Positions 50,519-64,000 of a stretch of DNA of 64,000 nucleotides are shown here, one piece after another (positions within the stretch are counted from its first letter, which is position 1; each line of letters starts with the position of its first letter). The position numbers were made by a program, and so were the translations under genes. The notes beneath the pieces were generated by a model. The model was given only the letters and a program-made list of their open reading frames with translations. It was not told the origin of the DNA and ran no database searches. Source of the stretch: the human T2T-CHM13v2.0 reference genome, Homo sapiens; the NCBI RefSeq assembly GCF_009914755.1, contig NC_060947.1. One strand, written 5' to 3'.

Positions 50519-53077
50519 CATTATTGGTTTGTTCTTGTGTTGTTATAAAGAACCACCTGAGACTGGGTAATTTATTTTTAAAAAGAAGTTAACTCACAGT
50601 TCTGCAGACTATACAGGAAGCATAGCTTGGGAGGCCTCAGGAAACTTACAATCATGCTGGAAGGTGAAGGGGAAGCAGGCATGTCTTACATGGTCAGAGA
50701 AGTGGAAGAGAGCAGCAGGAGGTGCCACACACTTCCAAACAACCAGATCTCATGAGAACTCACTCACTATCACAAGAACAGCAAGAGGGATATCCACCCC
50801 CATCATCCAATCACTTCCCACCAGGGCCCCACTCCAACACTGGGGATCACAATTTGACATGAGATTTTGGTGGAGACACAAATCCAAACCATATCATTCT
50901 ACCCCTGGCCCATCCCAAATCACATGTTCTCCTCACATTACAAAATACAATCATGCCTTCCCAACAGTCCCCCAAAGTCTTAACTCATTCCAGCATTAAC
51001 TCAAAAGTCCACAGTCCAAAGTCTCATCTGAGACAGGGTAAGTCCCTTCCACCCATGAGCCTGTAAAACCAAAACCAGTTAGTTACTTCTAAGATACAAT
51101 GAGGGTACAGACATGGACTAAATACTCCTGTTCTAAAAGGGAGAAATTAGCCAAAACAAAGGGGTTACAGACCCCATACAAGTCTGAAATCTAGCAGTGC
51201 AGTCATTAAATCTTAAAGCTCCAAAATAATTTCTTTTGACTCTATGTCTCACTTCCAGGCAACACTGATGCAAAGGGTGGGCTCCCAAGGCCTTGGGCAT
51301 CTCTGCCTCTGTGGCTCTACAGGGTACAGCCCCCTCAGCTGCTTTCACGGGCTGGTGTTGAGTGCCTGTGGCTTTTCTAGGTACATGATGCAAGCTGTCA
51401 GTGGATCTCCTATTCTGGGGTCTGGAGGATGGTGGCCCTCTTCTCACAGCTCCACTAGGCAGTGCACCGGTGGGGACTCTGTGTAGGGGCTCCAACCCCA
51501 CATTTCTCCTTTGCACTGCCCTAGCAGAGGTTCTCCATGAGGGCTGCAGCCCTGCAGCAGACATTTCCATATAGCCTCTGAAATCTATGTAGAGGCTTCC
51601 AAGCCTCAACTCTTGCCCTTTATGCTCATGAAGGCTTAACAATATGTGGAGGCTGCCATGGCTTATGGTTTACACCCTTTGGAACAGAATCCTGAGACAT
51701 ATCTGTGGCCTTTTTAGCCACAGCTGAAGCTGGAGTGGCTGGGACACAGGGAGCGATGTCCTGAGGTTGCACATGGTAGAAGGGCCCTGGGCCTGGTGGC
51801 AAAATTGTTCTTCCCTCCTAGGCCTCCAGGCCTGTGATTGGAGGGGCTGCCAGGAAGTTCTCTGAAATGCCTTCAAGGCATTTTCCCCATGGTCTTGACA
51901 ATTAACATTTGTCTCCTCTTTACGTATGCAAATTTCTACAGCCAGCTGGAATTCCTCCCCAGAAAATGGGTTTTTCTTTTCTACCACATGGCTGGGCTGC
52001 AAGTTTTTAAACTTTTATACTCTGCTTCTCTTTAAAATATAAGTACCAGTTCCAGATTATCTTTCTCAAGTTCAAAGTTCCATAGATCTCTGGAACAGGG
52101 GCACAATGCTTCCAAACTCTTTGTTAACACATGACAAAAGTAACCTTTGCTCTAGTTTTTTTTTTTTTTTTTTTAGATGGTGTTTCACTCTTGTTGCCCA
52201 GGCAGGAGTACAAGGGTGTGATCTCGGCTCACTGCAACCTCCGCCTCCCGGGTTAAAGTGATTCTCCTGCTTCAGCCTCCCGAGTAGCTGAGATTACAGC
52301 GTGTACCACCGTGCCCGGCTAATTTTGTATTTTTAGTAGAAATGGGGTTTCTCCATGTTGGTCAGGCTGGTCTCGAACTCTTGACCTCAGGTGATCTGCC
52401 CGCCTCAGCCTCCCAAAGTGCTGGGATTACAGGCATGAGCCACAATGCCCGGCCTGCTCTAGTTCTTAGTAAGTTATTTATTTCCATCTGAGACCTTCTC
52501 AGCCTAAACCTCATTGACCATATCACCATCAGCATTTTGGTCACAACAAATTAACAAGTCTTTAGGGAGCTCCAAACTTTCCCTCATCTTTTCTTCTTCT
52601 GAGCCCACCACACTCTTCCAACCTCTGCCTATTACCTAGTTCCAAGTCACTTCCACATTTTCAGATATCTTTATAGAAATACCCCACTCTCAGTACCAAT
52701 TTTCTGTATTGGTCCATTCTCACATTGCTATAAAGAACTACTTGAGACTTGGTAATTTATAAATAAAAAAGGTCTAATTAACAGGCTGTACAAGAAGCAT
52801 GGCTAGGGAAGCCTCAGGAAACTTACAATCATGGCAGAAGGCAAAGGGGAAGAAGGAATGTTTTACACGGTCAGAGAAGGAGGAAGAGAGAGCAGGGTGA
52901 GGTGCCACACACGTCCAAATAAGCAGATCTCATGATAACTCACTCACTATCATGAGAACAGCAAGGGGGAAATCCACCTTCATGATCCAGTCACCTCCCA
53001 TCAGGTCCCCCCTCCAACACTGGGGAATCACAATTTGACATGAGATTTGGGTGGGGACACAAATTCAAACCACATCA
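50519..53077 (-). mobile_element. MSTA MaLR element, LTR-int-LTR (LTRs ~50519-50896 and 52705-53077)
   Basis: Two LTRs ending aaacc(at/ac)atca, and MST/THE1-int motifs such as aactcattccagcattaactcaaaagtcc. Absent from copy 1. Confidence 0.88.
52156..52454 (-). mobile_element. AluSp-like element inserted in MST-int
   Basis: ctccatgttggtcaggctgg, with TSD tgctctagtt. Confidence 0.9.
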
Positions 53078-56069
53078 ATTATTCTCAGTGATCTTCACCA
53101 TGTCCACTGGATCCCAGGGAACGCCCTCTGACCTTCTCACTAGAAGGTGGGTCTTTTGTCTACTCATACTATTGTGCATTTCCCTTTAAAGGGCTTGGTT
53201 AGGAAACTAGGAAGCAGGAAGATAGAGTAAAATAACAATAGGAATTCCTCTGATACTTGTTTTTTCCTCCAGCTCCTTTCAATATTTTTTTCTCTTTGAT
53301 TTTCTACAGTTTGTCTATGATTTGTGTAGATGTATACTTTTTAGTTTTTATCCTACTTGGTGTTCTATGAGATTCCTAGACCTGTGAATACATGTCTGTC
53401 ATTAATTTGGGGGCATTCTCAGCCATTGCCAATTCAAATATTTCTCCTGTTCCTTTCTTTCTTTCTTTTCCTTCTGGTATTTCAATTATACATATTTATA
53501 CCATGTGTAATTGTCACACAGTTCTTGAATATTCTGTTCTGTCTTTTTCCTTTCTTTTTTCTCTTTGCATTTCAGGTTTGAAAATTTATATTGACATTTC
53601 ATCAGGCTTGTGCTTGTTTCCTCAGCCCTGTCCTGTCTATTGATGAGCCAATCAAAGGCATTATTCATTTTTGTTACAGTAGGGGTTTCTTTCTTTTCTT
53701 AATAAAAGATACATAACATGAAATTGACCTTCTCAACCAGTTTTTGTTTACAGAGCAGTGATATTTAAGTACATTCATATTATTATGCAACCATCTACAC
53801 CATTCATCTCAAGAACTCTTTTCTCTGGCACAACAAACACTATAACCATTAAACAATAGCTCCCCATTCACTTTTCCCAACTCCCCTAGCAACTACCTTT
53901 CTAGTTTCTGTCTCTATGAATATGACCACTCTAAGTATCTCGTGTAAATGGAATCATGCAGTATTTGTCTTTTTGTTATTGATTTATTTCATTCAGCATA
54001 ATATCTTCAAGGTTCATGCATGTTGTAATGTATGCTAGAATGTCCTTCCTTTGTAAGGCTGAATAAGTTTCCACTGTATGCATATACCACATTTTGCTTC
54101 TCTATTCATTTAGCAATGGACACTTGGGTTGCTTCTACATTTTAGCTATTGTGAGTAATAATACCATATTTTTCAGTACACAAAAATGTAGGTCTGTGTA
54201 TTTGTTTATTTTGGACACATACTCAGAAGTGAAATTGTTGAAGTATATAGTAATTCTACTTTGAATTTTTTGAGAAATCACACAGGGTTATGCATAACAG
54301 TCATATCATTTTACATTCCAGAAGACACAAATGTTCCAATATCACCACGTTTGCCAACACTTATTTCCTGACTTGTTGATGTTTCATTTTTTAAAAAAAA
54401 TAGTAGCCATCTTAGTGAGCGTGAGGTGGTATATCGCTATGGTTTTGAGTTGTATTTCCCTAATAATTAGTTTCATTAAGTATCTTTTCATATGCCTACT
54501 GCCCACTTCCATAGCTTTTAAGCAGAAATTTCTAATCAAATACTTTCCACAGTTTTGAATTGGTTTGTTTTCTGTTGTTGTTGAATTTTAGGAGTCCTCT
54601 ATATATGCTGCATGTGCATCTCTTATCAGATATATGATTTGGAAATATTTGTTTCTGGTCTGTGGATTGCATTGTGGTTCTCTTCCTAATATCTTTTCAT
54701 GCACAGAAGTTTTTAATTTTTATGAAGTCCAATAGGTATACATTTTCTTTTACTGATGGTTTTATAGTATTTTCAACTTCTAGCATATCCTTTTTGACTC
54801 TGCTTCAAAGAGTTTACATCTCTCTGCCTATATTACCAACCTATTTTTGCATGCTATTCACTTTTTCCATTAGAGCCCTTAGCATATTCACCATACTGGT
54901 ATTAAATTGTCAGACTGATAATCCAACATCTCTTCCGTACCTGAGTCTGTTTGATATTTAGTCTCTTCAAACTGGGTATTTTCTTTTTTTATAATGCTTT
55001 GTAACTCCTTTTTCAGTTGAAAGCCAGACATAACGTACTAGGTAAATGGAATTGAGGAAAATAAGCCTTTATAGTTACAGTTTATTTTTGTCTGTTTAGG
55101 AGTGCAACTGTGTTTACGGTTTCCTGGAGCCATAGGTTTCAGAGGTTAAACTTTCTGCTCTTGTGTTGAGTTTCCCTAGATATTTATTCTTAAATGAAAT
55201 CTGAGATATGAAGTTGTTTCAGTGCTATTCCCCTGCTATTACACAGGAGTCCTACTGACATACTGGTAAGGTGTGGCAAAGAGGAAGTGTTCCACAGACC
55301 TATGAGTAAGTCTCAGTCTTTTTATTGGCCTGTGCCCTGGGCTGAGACCTGCAAAAGTGCTACTCATTACCACCTTCCAATCTTCTCACACTTTTTTGGA
55401 CAAAATCTCTTGTTTGAGAGTAGGATTCCCCTCCTTGAGATTTTTAGATGCTTTTCCAGCTGTGGTTGATGCTGCAGCCACAGGATACAGATTCAGGACT
55501 GGAGCTAATCTGTGAGCTGGGCCAGCAGGATCCAAATGTTCTTTCCCTCATTCCCTGTATACTGTATGGGCCTGCCTTCCTAGCTCTTGGGCCATAGACA
55601 GAGACCTGTTTCATAAAACTCTTTTTGTCCACACCTCATGTGCAATTTAGAAATTTGGGCAGCCTTTGAGTTCAGTCTTGGAGATAGAGGAGGAAAAAAA
55701 AGCACAAAAATTTTACCACCATACTGATTTTACTTCAACTTCTAGTTTCTTTGCCCAAACCTCCTGGTACCATTTACTTTATAGAAGCATGAACTTTTGG
55801 TATGAGAAGAGATTTGGATTTACAGAAAAGTTGCATAGAGAAAACCAAGGATTTATTTCACAAAATTGGTGAAAAGATAGAATCTATCTCAACGGGGAGT
55901 GATGAGGAATATATTAGATGTTTTAAAAAGCATTGAGAAGAGTCCCTGAGATCTAAGAAACACTCAAGCAAGCTTGTCCATTATGATTCCTCTCAGTAGT
56001 GTCCTGATCTGAACTTCCTGGAGTGTGAGATGGAGGGGCTGGATGGATATGCCAGATATGGGGCATATG

Positions 56070-56616
56070 GACCAAATGGGGGACCCCAAACCACTAAATC
56101 TGGTCCAGTATCTCACTAACGGGGAACTCACAGGACTCACCATATAGTCCTACCCATGACTACAACTTATTACAGTGAAAGGGTACCAAGCACAATCAGC
56201 AAAGGGAAAGGGTGCACAGGGAGAAGTGCAGGAGACCAGACACAGGTTTCCAGAGTCATCTCATCTCCCAGTAGGGTCACACAGAATGCACTTAATTCCC
56301 TCACAACAAGGTGTGACCACACATGTAAAATGCTGCCAACCAGTGGAGTTCAGTAAAACCTCATCACCCATGAGTTGAACTTGGGCTGGTCACACAAGTG
56401 GTTCTTCCCAGGCATGGACCAAAATTCCAGACTCCCAGGAGGAAAGCACTGTGCAGCTTTTTGTTTCCATACATAGTTTAGGTATAATGAGTTCTGAGAA
56501 AAGTGAAATCCCTCCCAAATCCAAGTCCTCAGAATCCAGCCAATGGACAACGTTGAAAGTAATAGGCTGTTCTAAGTAGAGGAATGAAGCCTGCTGTGTG
56601 CAGTCTTTTCTGCACA
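56070..56616 (-). mobile_element. MER77/MER68-type ERVL LTR (3' LTR of the adjacent internal sequence)
   Basis: The reverse complement starts tgtgcagaaaagac. Contains accaaaattccagactccc, aatccaagtcctcaga and ctcacaggactca. Confidence 0.7.
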
Positions 56617-58475
56617 GTGCACCCCATTGGTCAAGGCATATTACAGGAAATTATCAATAGGACCGGACACAGCAGGGTGTAATCAAGCTGCATACAGATA
56701 TCACTTATGCCTGTTAGGAGTCCTGGATTGAACCAGTCAACACAAACCCCATTAACCACACAGGACTATCTTAGACAACCAAATGGCTCCCTCCTTAAAT
56801 TTTAGTACAAATGGTTTCCTTTTACCTAGCCGAGGGCATCAATTCAGGTAGAATACAACTCTGGTCAGTAAGTTGGAGCTGATCTGAAAGTCATCCAGGC
56901 CTGAGGCAGTGTCATGACAGGCAGGGCACACAGGATGTACAATACATGAGGGCACACATGGTGTCCCTGCACACACCAAGTGTACCATGGTTTGGGCACC
57001 CCAAGAGAGTGTACCTAAGTCAGGAAGCACAGGACATCAAGGCCTCATTGTGGCCTTCCTCTGTGGCAGCTGCTGCCAGCCACGGGGTATCCAGTACAGG
57101 CCACATAATCCAGTTCAGTCCCTGGTTTCATTGCAGACAATTTGGCTTGTCCATGACTACTGTGGATGACAACTGCAGGTGCTCCGTGGGGAACATGGAG
57201 GGGCTGGAGCCACCGCCTCTCTCCCCTAGTCAGTGGGGTCAGGTATGGCGTCAGGTATGGGCTCAGGTGAAGCTGTCAGTTTGGAGTCACAGAGCTTGCA
57301 GCAGCTTGCAAAGGCAGCATGGGGAGTTTTCCTTCAGCAAGGGAAGAAACCTTCCAGGAACAGTTCTGCAACACTAAGACCACAGTGCTCTCCCTCTCAC
57401 CTCCACAGATATCTTGTGTTTTTCTCCACCCTTATAAAATCAACGTGGCTCACTCAGTAATAAAAACTTTACATTCCCTCAATCACTCATACCTTCTCTC
57501 AGGCCTTCTCACCTAGCAAGGCTGTATGTAACAGGGACAAAAACACTGTCATAAAACAAGATGTGGACAGAAAAACCCATCATATTTAAAATCCTGCATT
57601 TTGAAAAGATTTCAAAATGGGTTTACATATCCCTTTCCATCCCCCCTATTTATGCAGTGAGCAGAGCAGAAAAAACTCATCCCTTCCTGGGCATCGCTGC
57701 ATTTGATGACCCCATTGCCTGGCATGTGGACCAGGAGGAGAGAGAGGAAGTGAAGTCAGGCTGTCCATCTGCTATACCAACCTGTAACTGATGTAGGTTG
57801 TCAAACACGAGTCACCAGCAGTGGGCATCCCAGAGAAGGGGTTCGAGACTGATCCGTCATGAGTGGGCAGAGGGATCACAGTCTCTGTGGGGTGCCCTCT
57901 CCCGATGTGCAGCTTTTGGCCACCATGACTGGTTAGAAGTGCAATCCGCCTGAATCAGAAATACAGTGCCCATGAGCAGTCCCACTCTAGTGGGTCCCAC
58001 CTGAGAACAAGCCCTAAATCATGGGCATCTGCAAGAGATGTGGATGGCCCAGGGCTGCATGCAGGTTGCAACAGTTTTGAACCCCATGGAGTAGGGCCCA
58101 GAACAATCAAGATTCCAGTGTCAAAGACTAATTTATTGCATTGAGCTACGCCTGCTTTCTATCCAGCACAGCTTGTGGCGAGTCTGAAACAGCTCAGGGT
58201 GGACAATTTGGGTTTTAACTTAGAGTCAAGCCCAGCCTGTTGAGATCTGTGAATTCAGAATCCAAAACAGTCAGGGGGGTTTCTCCAGCACAAGAAAGCC
58301 GAGATGCTGCAAGGCCAGACAACATCAGCATTCCATGTCCCCGTGAGATGCCTGCCTGGTGTGCTTTCTTAAGGCCTTTTGGCCTTGTCCAAACAGACCC
58401 CCTCAAATCATGCAACTCAGCTCAATCATCAGCCTCTAAGGGTCAGATATCTGAGTTCATAAGAGCTCATTTCAC
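56617..58475 (-). mobile_element. ERV(L) internal remnant
   Basis: Abuts the LTR through a PPT-like sequence. Paralog at 11840-13770. Confidence 0.55.
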
Positions 58476-59497
58476 ACTGTGTGCGCCTGGGGGGGTTGAT
58501 CAAGGAAAATGATAGGACCACCAGAGGCTGTACCACACAAAGCAGCTTTATTGGGTGGTGATTGGATAGGGTGCTGGGGAGGGGATATCCTCAGAGCAGA
58601 GGGCTGTCCAGAGTTTATAGTTCAGGGGTCACCATCAGACATGTAAGAAGGCAGGAGAACTGCTGGAGGAGGTGGGAATTGGATAAGGGCCTTACAGGTC
58701 TAGCTGCTGTGTATCAGTAGCTGGACAAAGTGGCTTTGAGGTCTCCTAACCACAAGGTTCTATCTTATCTATGGTTAGCAGATGTGGGGTGAAGTTTAGC
58801 AGGGTATGGAAGCCAGGTAGGCTCTGAATGCCTAACAATCTGCTTGGCAGTGCCATGTTTCAAACGATCAAACGTGTGAAAAATTGAGTTTTGTGCTGGT
58901 GGGCTTCGGAGCCAACAGGTCTCAGTCTTGTGAAGAAAAAGAGTAGAGAAACACCAGCGGTACTGCAGGATAGCCGAGGAGCCTCAAGGCCAATCAACAG
59001 CAACATCCCATGTCTAAACGACAACCAAGGCATTCATCCAGCCTAGGGATTACACACAGGTCATCTTTGGTACGTGTATATAACACAGGCTGAAAACTGC
59101 TTTTAAATCTCTGAGGATGTATCTCCACCTGAAGATTGCTTCTCTTTTCCATGTGGACTTCCTTTCTCCAGGGACCCCAAGAGGCAAGAATTATCACCTA
59201 CAGAGACATGTTCTAGTTTCCATACTTGAAAAGCTTAGCACACACACACACACACACATACAGAGAGAGAGAGAGAGAGAGAAGGCAAATCCAAGCACTA
59301 AATATCGATTGAGAATTTTAATACTACAATTCCTCACAGACAAGCTTTTCTATGAAAATCATTTAAGATATTGTAGAAAAGAAAACCAGTGTAAACCACT
59401 AGCATCCAGATGTTCCTGTCTACAGAGGGGGAGGAAAGCTGGCTGTTTAGGAAAGCTAGCACAGCCTCCTTTAGAAAGCTCCATTAACTCAGGGGCT

Positions 59498-59932
59498 TGA
59501 GTGAAACAACCTACACAAGAGGCCACTGCTGTGAACTAGCCTCCTGTCCTAAGCCCCAGCTGACCACACCCAACCAGAATGGGGTCACTTGTGCTGAGTG
59601 TTAAGTAATGATCCTGAACTTTCCAATGGGGAAAAACAAAAAACAAAACAAAACAAAAAAACAGAATCTTCCCATTAACCTGAGTCCCTGAGTCAGCGGA
59701 ATATCTTCTTTAACCCTAAATGGAACATAAATTCAAAATGACTAACCTGCTTTCTTTTTTTTTCTGTTTCTGCTTCTTTCAGCCCTTTTCTGCCTTCAAA
59801 GCCAACCTCCTCCTCTCGGTTGATTGGCACACTCATTCTATTTTATAGAATGTGCTGTTGCCCAATTCTAGTATTGCAAATAAAAGCCAGTTTGATTTTT
59901 AAATTGATTTGCTGTTATTTGTTCTTTTAGCA
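59498..59932 (+). mobile_element. MER31-like 5' LTR, followed by PBS-like tggcaacccatgataggac and internal sequence (to ~63400, interrupted)
   Basis: tctgtttctgcttctttcagcccttttctgcc..cactcattctattttatagaatg..gcaaataaaagcca matches MER31. Confidence 0.82.
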
Positions 59933-60616
59933 GTTTCTGGCAACCCATGATAGGACCCAAAAGGCACTGCTGATGACTCTGGAGACCCCTTGACAAATGC
60001 AGGGGAGATGCCGCTGACAGCTTTTGAGTCCCCTTTCACTCTCACAGACACAAGGGTTATAAGTTCCTCTAGGGTCACATTTTTGTATTGATTCCCCTGA
60101 TACTTTTGGCTCTTGATTCCAGGATTCATGTGTCCGGTGAGAGAGCACATGAGTTTCTTGGGGGTTTGTGGGGCTGACAAGTCACTGACAAGACTTGCAG
60201 TTTTAAAGGTAACTGATGGTGGGAGAAGCTTACCACATGCAGTGTGTGACTCTGGCTTTTGGAAATTTGCAGAGATTTGGTTCTTCCAGTTCCTTTTGGT
60301 GTGTGTGCATAGTATGAGAGATTCATTGGCTACATTAGTCAAGGGGACCTCAGAGTCACAGCCATGATCTGACTGGTGGGCATGGTTTAGGCACTTAGGA
60401 GCGATTAGAGCACTCACCACCTGTAAATAAGACATCCATGTTAGGATCAGCTGGTCATGAAACAAGTTTAATACCATGTCACCCACCAACTTCAAGACAG
60501 CATCCATGCGGGAAGGTTCACTAGAAAGCAATCCAGGACCCAATCCCAAGGCATTTCCTTCTTAGACTTTGATGTCAGCTCTGAAAGACCCAAGAGTCAA
60601 CATAAAAATGAGACCT

Positions 60617-61087
60617 TGGCCATTTGTGTATCTTCTTTTGAGAATCATCTATTCATGTCCTTATGCAAATCAAAACCACAAGGTGATACCACCTTACTCC
60701 TGCAAGAATGGCCATAATCAAAAAATCGAAAAACAGTAGATGTTGCCGTGGATGCGGTGATCAGGGAACACTTCTACACTGCTGGTGGGAATGTAAACCA
60801 GTAAAACCACTTTGAAAAACAGTGTGGAGATTCCTTAAAGAACTAAAAGTAGAACTACCATTTGATTTAGCAATCCCACTACTGGGTATCTACCCAGAGG
60901 AAAAGAAGGCATTATACAAAAAAGATACTTAGATACGCATGTTTGTAGCAGCACAATTCGCAATTACAAAGTCGTTGAACCAACCCAAATGCCCATCAAT
61001 CAACGAGTGGATAAAGAAACTATGAGATATATATATATATATCTCATATATATCTGATATATATGAGATATATATAGATATATAGAT

Positions 61088-61131
<44 letters not shown>

Positions 61132-61492
61132 TATGATGGAATACTACTCAGCCATAAAAAGGAATGCATTAACAGCATTCACAGCAACTGGGATGAGATT
61201 GGAGACTATCATTCTAAGTGAAGTAACTCAGGAATGGAAAACCAAACATCGTATGTTCTCACTGATATGTGGGAGCTAAGCTATGAGGACTCAAAGGCAT
61301 AAGAATGATGCAATGGACTTTGGGGACTTGTAGGGGAAGGGTGGGAGGGGGTGAAGGAAAAAAGACTACAAACGTGGTGCAGTGTATGCTGCTCAGGTGG
61401 GTGCACCAAAATCCCACAAATCACCACTAAAGAACTTACTCATGTAACCAAACACCACCTGCACCCCAATAACCTATGGAAAAAACAATTTT
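60617..61492 (+). mobile_element. L1PB1-like 3' fragment with a 46-bp 5' inversion
   Basis: Inverted piece at 60617-60662, sense piece from atgcaaatcaaaacc, and end ccccaataacctatggaaa. Approximate TSD tgaga(c/t)ctt. Confidence 0.85.
61027..61134. repeat. (TA)n/(GATA)n microsatellite inside the L1PB
   Basis: Directly visible, about 10 GATA units. Confidence 0.95.
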
Positions 61493-61707
61493 TACTGAGA
61501 TCTTTACTTTCCAGAGACCTGTGTCCTCCACCTTCTGGCTATATTTGCTTTTTATGTGTATAAGTATTAGGCAGCAGAATCTGCAAGCTCTTTAAAAAAT
61601 GGCACAATCTTAATAAGGATAATTTAGACTTACAATGGCCATCATGTGAACATTTCAGATGAACAAGGTTGTTCACCCCAAAAATGTGCTTAAAAATTAG
61701 GCCTCCT

Positions 61708-62758
61708 CCTCCAGCTCCATCCATGTCCCTGCAAAGGACATGGTCCCATTCTTGTTTATGGCTGCATAGTATTCCATGGTGTATTTTCTTTATCCAGTCT
61801 CACTGATGGATATTTAGGTTGATTCCATATTTTTGCCATTGTGAATACTGCTGTAATGATCATACACATGCATGTGTCTTTATAGTAGACTGATTTATAT
61901 TCCTTTGGGTAAATACCCAGTAATGGGATTGCTGGGTAAAATGGTAGTTTTGTCTTTAGGTCTCTGACGAATTGCCACACTATCTTCCACAATGGCTGAA
62001 CTAATTTACAGTCCTACCAGCAGTGTATAAGTGTTTCTCTTTCTCTGCCACCTCACCAGCATCTGTTGTTTTGTGACTTTTTATTAATAGCCATTCTGAC
62101 TGCTATTAGATGATATCTCATAAAATCCAGAACTAAAAACCCTGGAAGACAACCTAGGCAATACCATTCAGGACATAGGCATGGACAAAGATTTCATGAT
62201 GAAGTTGCCAAAAGCAATTGCAACAAAAGCAAAAATTGACAAAATCTAATTAGACTAAAGAGCTTCTACACAGCAAAAGAAACTATCAACAGAGTAAACA
62301 GAAAACCTATACAATGGGAGAACATTTTTGCAAACTGTGTATCTGACAAAGGTCTAATATCCAGCATCTATAAGGAACTTAAACAAATTTACAAGAAAAA
62401 AACAAACAATCCCGTTAAAAAGTGGGCAAAGAACATGAACAGACACTTTCAAAAGAAGACATGCATGCGGCCAACAATCATATGAACAAAAAAAGCTCAA
62501 GATCACTGATCATTAGAAAAAAGCAGTTATTTTAGATTCTATTAGAATCAACAAGGTCTTTCAATTATCAAACTTGACTCTCAATTGTTGATTTCAATGG
62601 AATAATATGTATCCATCATATTAGAAAAAGACACTTTGCTTCTAACAAAGTGTCAAACAATGTTTCTGCAGATATCGATCTTGTTAAAAACAAGAGTGTT
62701 TACCACAATATGTGGACAATTACTGAAATAAAGATCCAAATTACCTGTCAAAAGAAAG
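61708..62758 (+). mobile_element. Retroposed composite: antisense L1 (61708-62121), sense L1 (62122-62520), non-L1 tail with AATAAA
   Basis: Flanked by an exact 11-bp repeat ttaggcctcct (61697 and 62759), with a TT/AAAA site at 61690 and AATAAA at 62727. Confidence 0.75.
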
Positions 62759-63729
62759 TTAGGCCTCCTGAAATAGGCCCCCACACGGATGACTATTCAT
62801 GTGCACAAACTTCTAAAAAGATTTTTTTAAGCCTTGCCTCTTTAAGAAATCCCTTATAGAAAACAAATGCAAAGTTTAAGTAGGTAATTAACAGGAAAAT
62901 GGAATCTGCCAACATTTTCACTTAGTTACTTTCCTGCTCCAAAGATAGAAAGGAAGCTAGATAAGGCGTTTATAAGTTAAGTCGAGGACAAGCAGGCTTG
63001 GTTCTTTTTCAGAACTATCCATGCTGATGATTCCAGCTATAGAAAATGCTTTGCCTGCACTATTCCTTAATGAACATTGCCTTAAACTCGGTCATTTAGT
63101 TGAGAAACAGAAGCTGAGTTGAAAATACCACACATCGAACTAAATCAGTCTCCAAAATACGACTTTCTGGCATTTAGAAAATCACCAGAAATTCTTGCAG
63201 TGGGAGAAAGTATTGCTTTAGACAAGCCTCACCTTTTACCATTTTGTCTTTACTGGACTTCCTAACTGTTCCTTTTCAGTCTGGCAAGTAAAGGAACTCA
63301 GTCCTGAAATCTAAGTCCTGTGCCTTTGACATGTAAGTTTCCTACTTTGATTTACCTAAGAACTATCCCTTTTGAGATGCAAATTTAGGATAATTTTTCT
63401 TTCTTAAAAATTGGATGAATTAAAACGACAGTAATGCAGTTAGAAAAAAGGTTAAATCTAGTAATAGTTGAATGGACCAGAGAAACTCTCTGCTAGTTCC
63501 CCAACTTTGCAGTACCCCAAACAAGTGTGCTCTGTTTCTCCCTTTCTGTAAAAATTTTAAAAACCACAAGGCAGAGATGACAAGGTAAGAAGTGCTCAGG
63601 TAAGAATTGCTCAGGGCAACAATCAGGTAGGTGGATCAAGAATAGGGCAAGGGTCCCTTGATTCAACCCCCTCACTGGAGTGGGTAAAATGGTCAGGGGA
63701 TGAAGAAGAGACATCCTCAGAGTAACTGA

Positions 63730-64000
63730 TGTGGAGGGAAGATTAATGGTCTCTTAGAAGAACAGATGGTGGTTTGTGAGGAGGTCTGTCTGGGTGTAAT
63801 GTCGACTTCTGACCTCCTATTATGTGATAAGAGTCATCTTCAGAGGACTCATGACAGTTGAGTTCCTTTTGAAGGATCTGTCTTTAGATAGATAAGGGGA
63901 ATTCAGAGAGCCTTGCCTTACATTTTGCTATTCTTCAACAGCCTTAAGCTCAAAGTGATTAGTATACCAAAGCAACGCATTGTAGGTTGGCATTTTATGA
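63730..64000 (-). mobile_element. MER34/MER39-type LTR (cut by window edge)
   Basis: agctcaaagtgattagtataccaaagcaacgcattgtaggttggcatttt resembles the antisense MER34 5' end. Confidence 0.55.

Noticed and set aside
59899-60549. 216-aa minus-strand ORF, the longest in the window
   Set aside because: Non-ATG start, antisense to MER31 internal sequence, and no recognisable domain. Likely chance.

Overview
Primate, almost certainly human, genomic DNA that is mostly interspersed repeat and contains no intact protein-coding gene. It holds a MAGEA8-like MAGE-A pseudogene (+, ~14.9-20.0 kb) and a processed DUT pseudogene (+, ~26.9-28.0 kb). From recall this fits MAGEA7P and DUTP4 in the Xq28 MAGEA cluster. 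The window consists of two old, diverged tandem copies of a MAGEA intergenic unit (~0.33-14.9 kb and ~22.4-59.6 kb). The second copy was expanded by L1PA, MER4, THE1/MST, Alu and a HERV-IP10 (LTR10) provirus with a second LTR10 provirus nested inside it. I see no new biological system. The most notable observations are: a deletion that fused a MER31 LTR fragment to MAGE exon 1 and removed the Ets promoter; two L1-mediated transductions with target-site duplications; the nested proviruses with different primer-binding sites; and AP-1 and p53 motif arrays in the LTRs. Repeat subfamily names come from remembered consensus sequences, not from a database search, and most boundaries are approximate.
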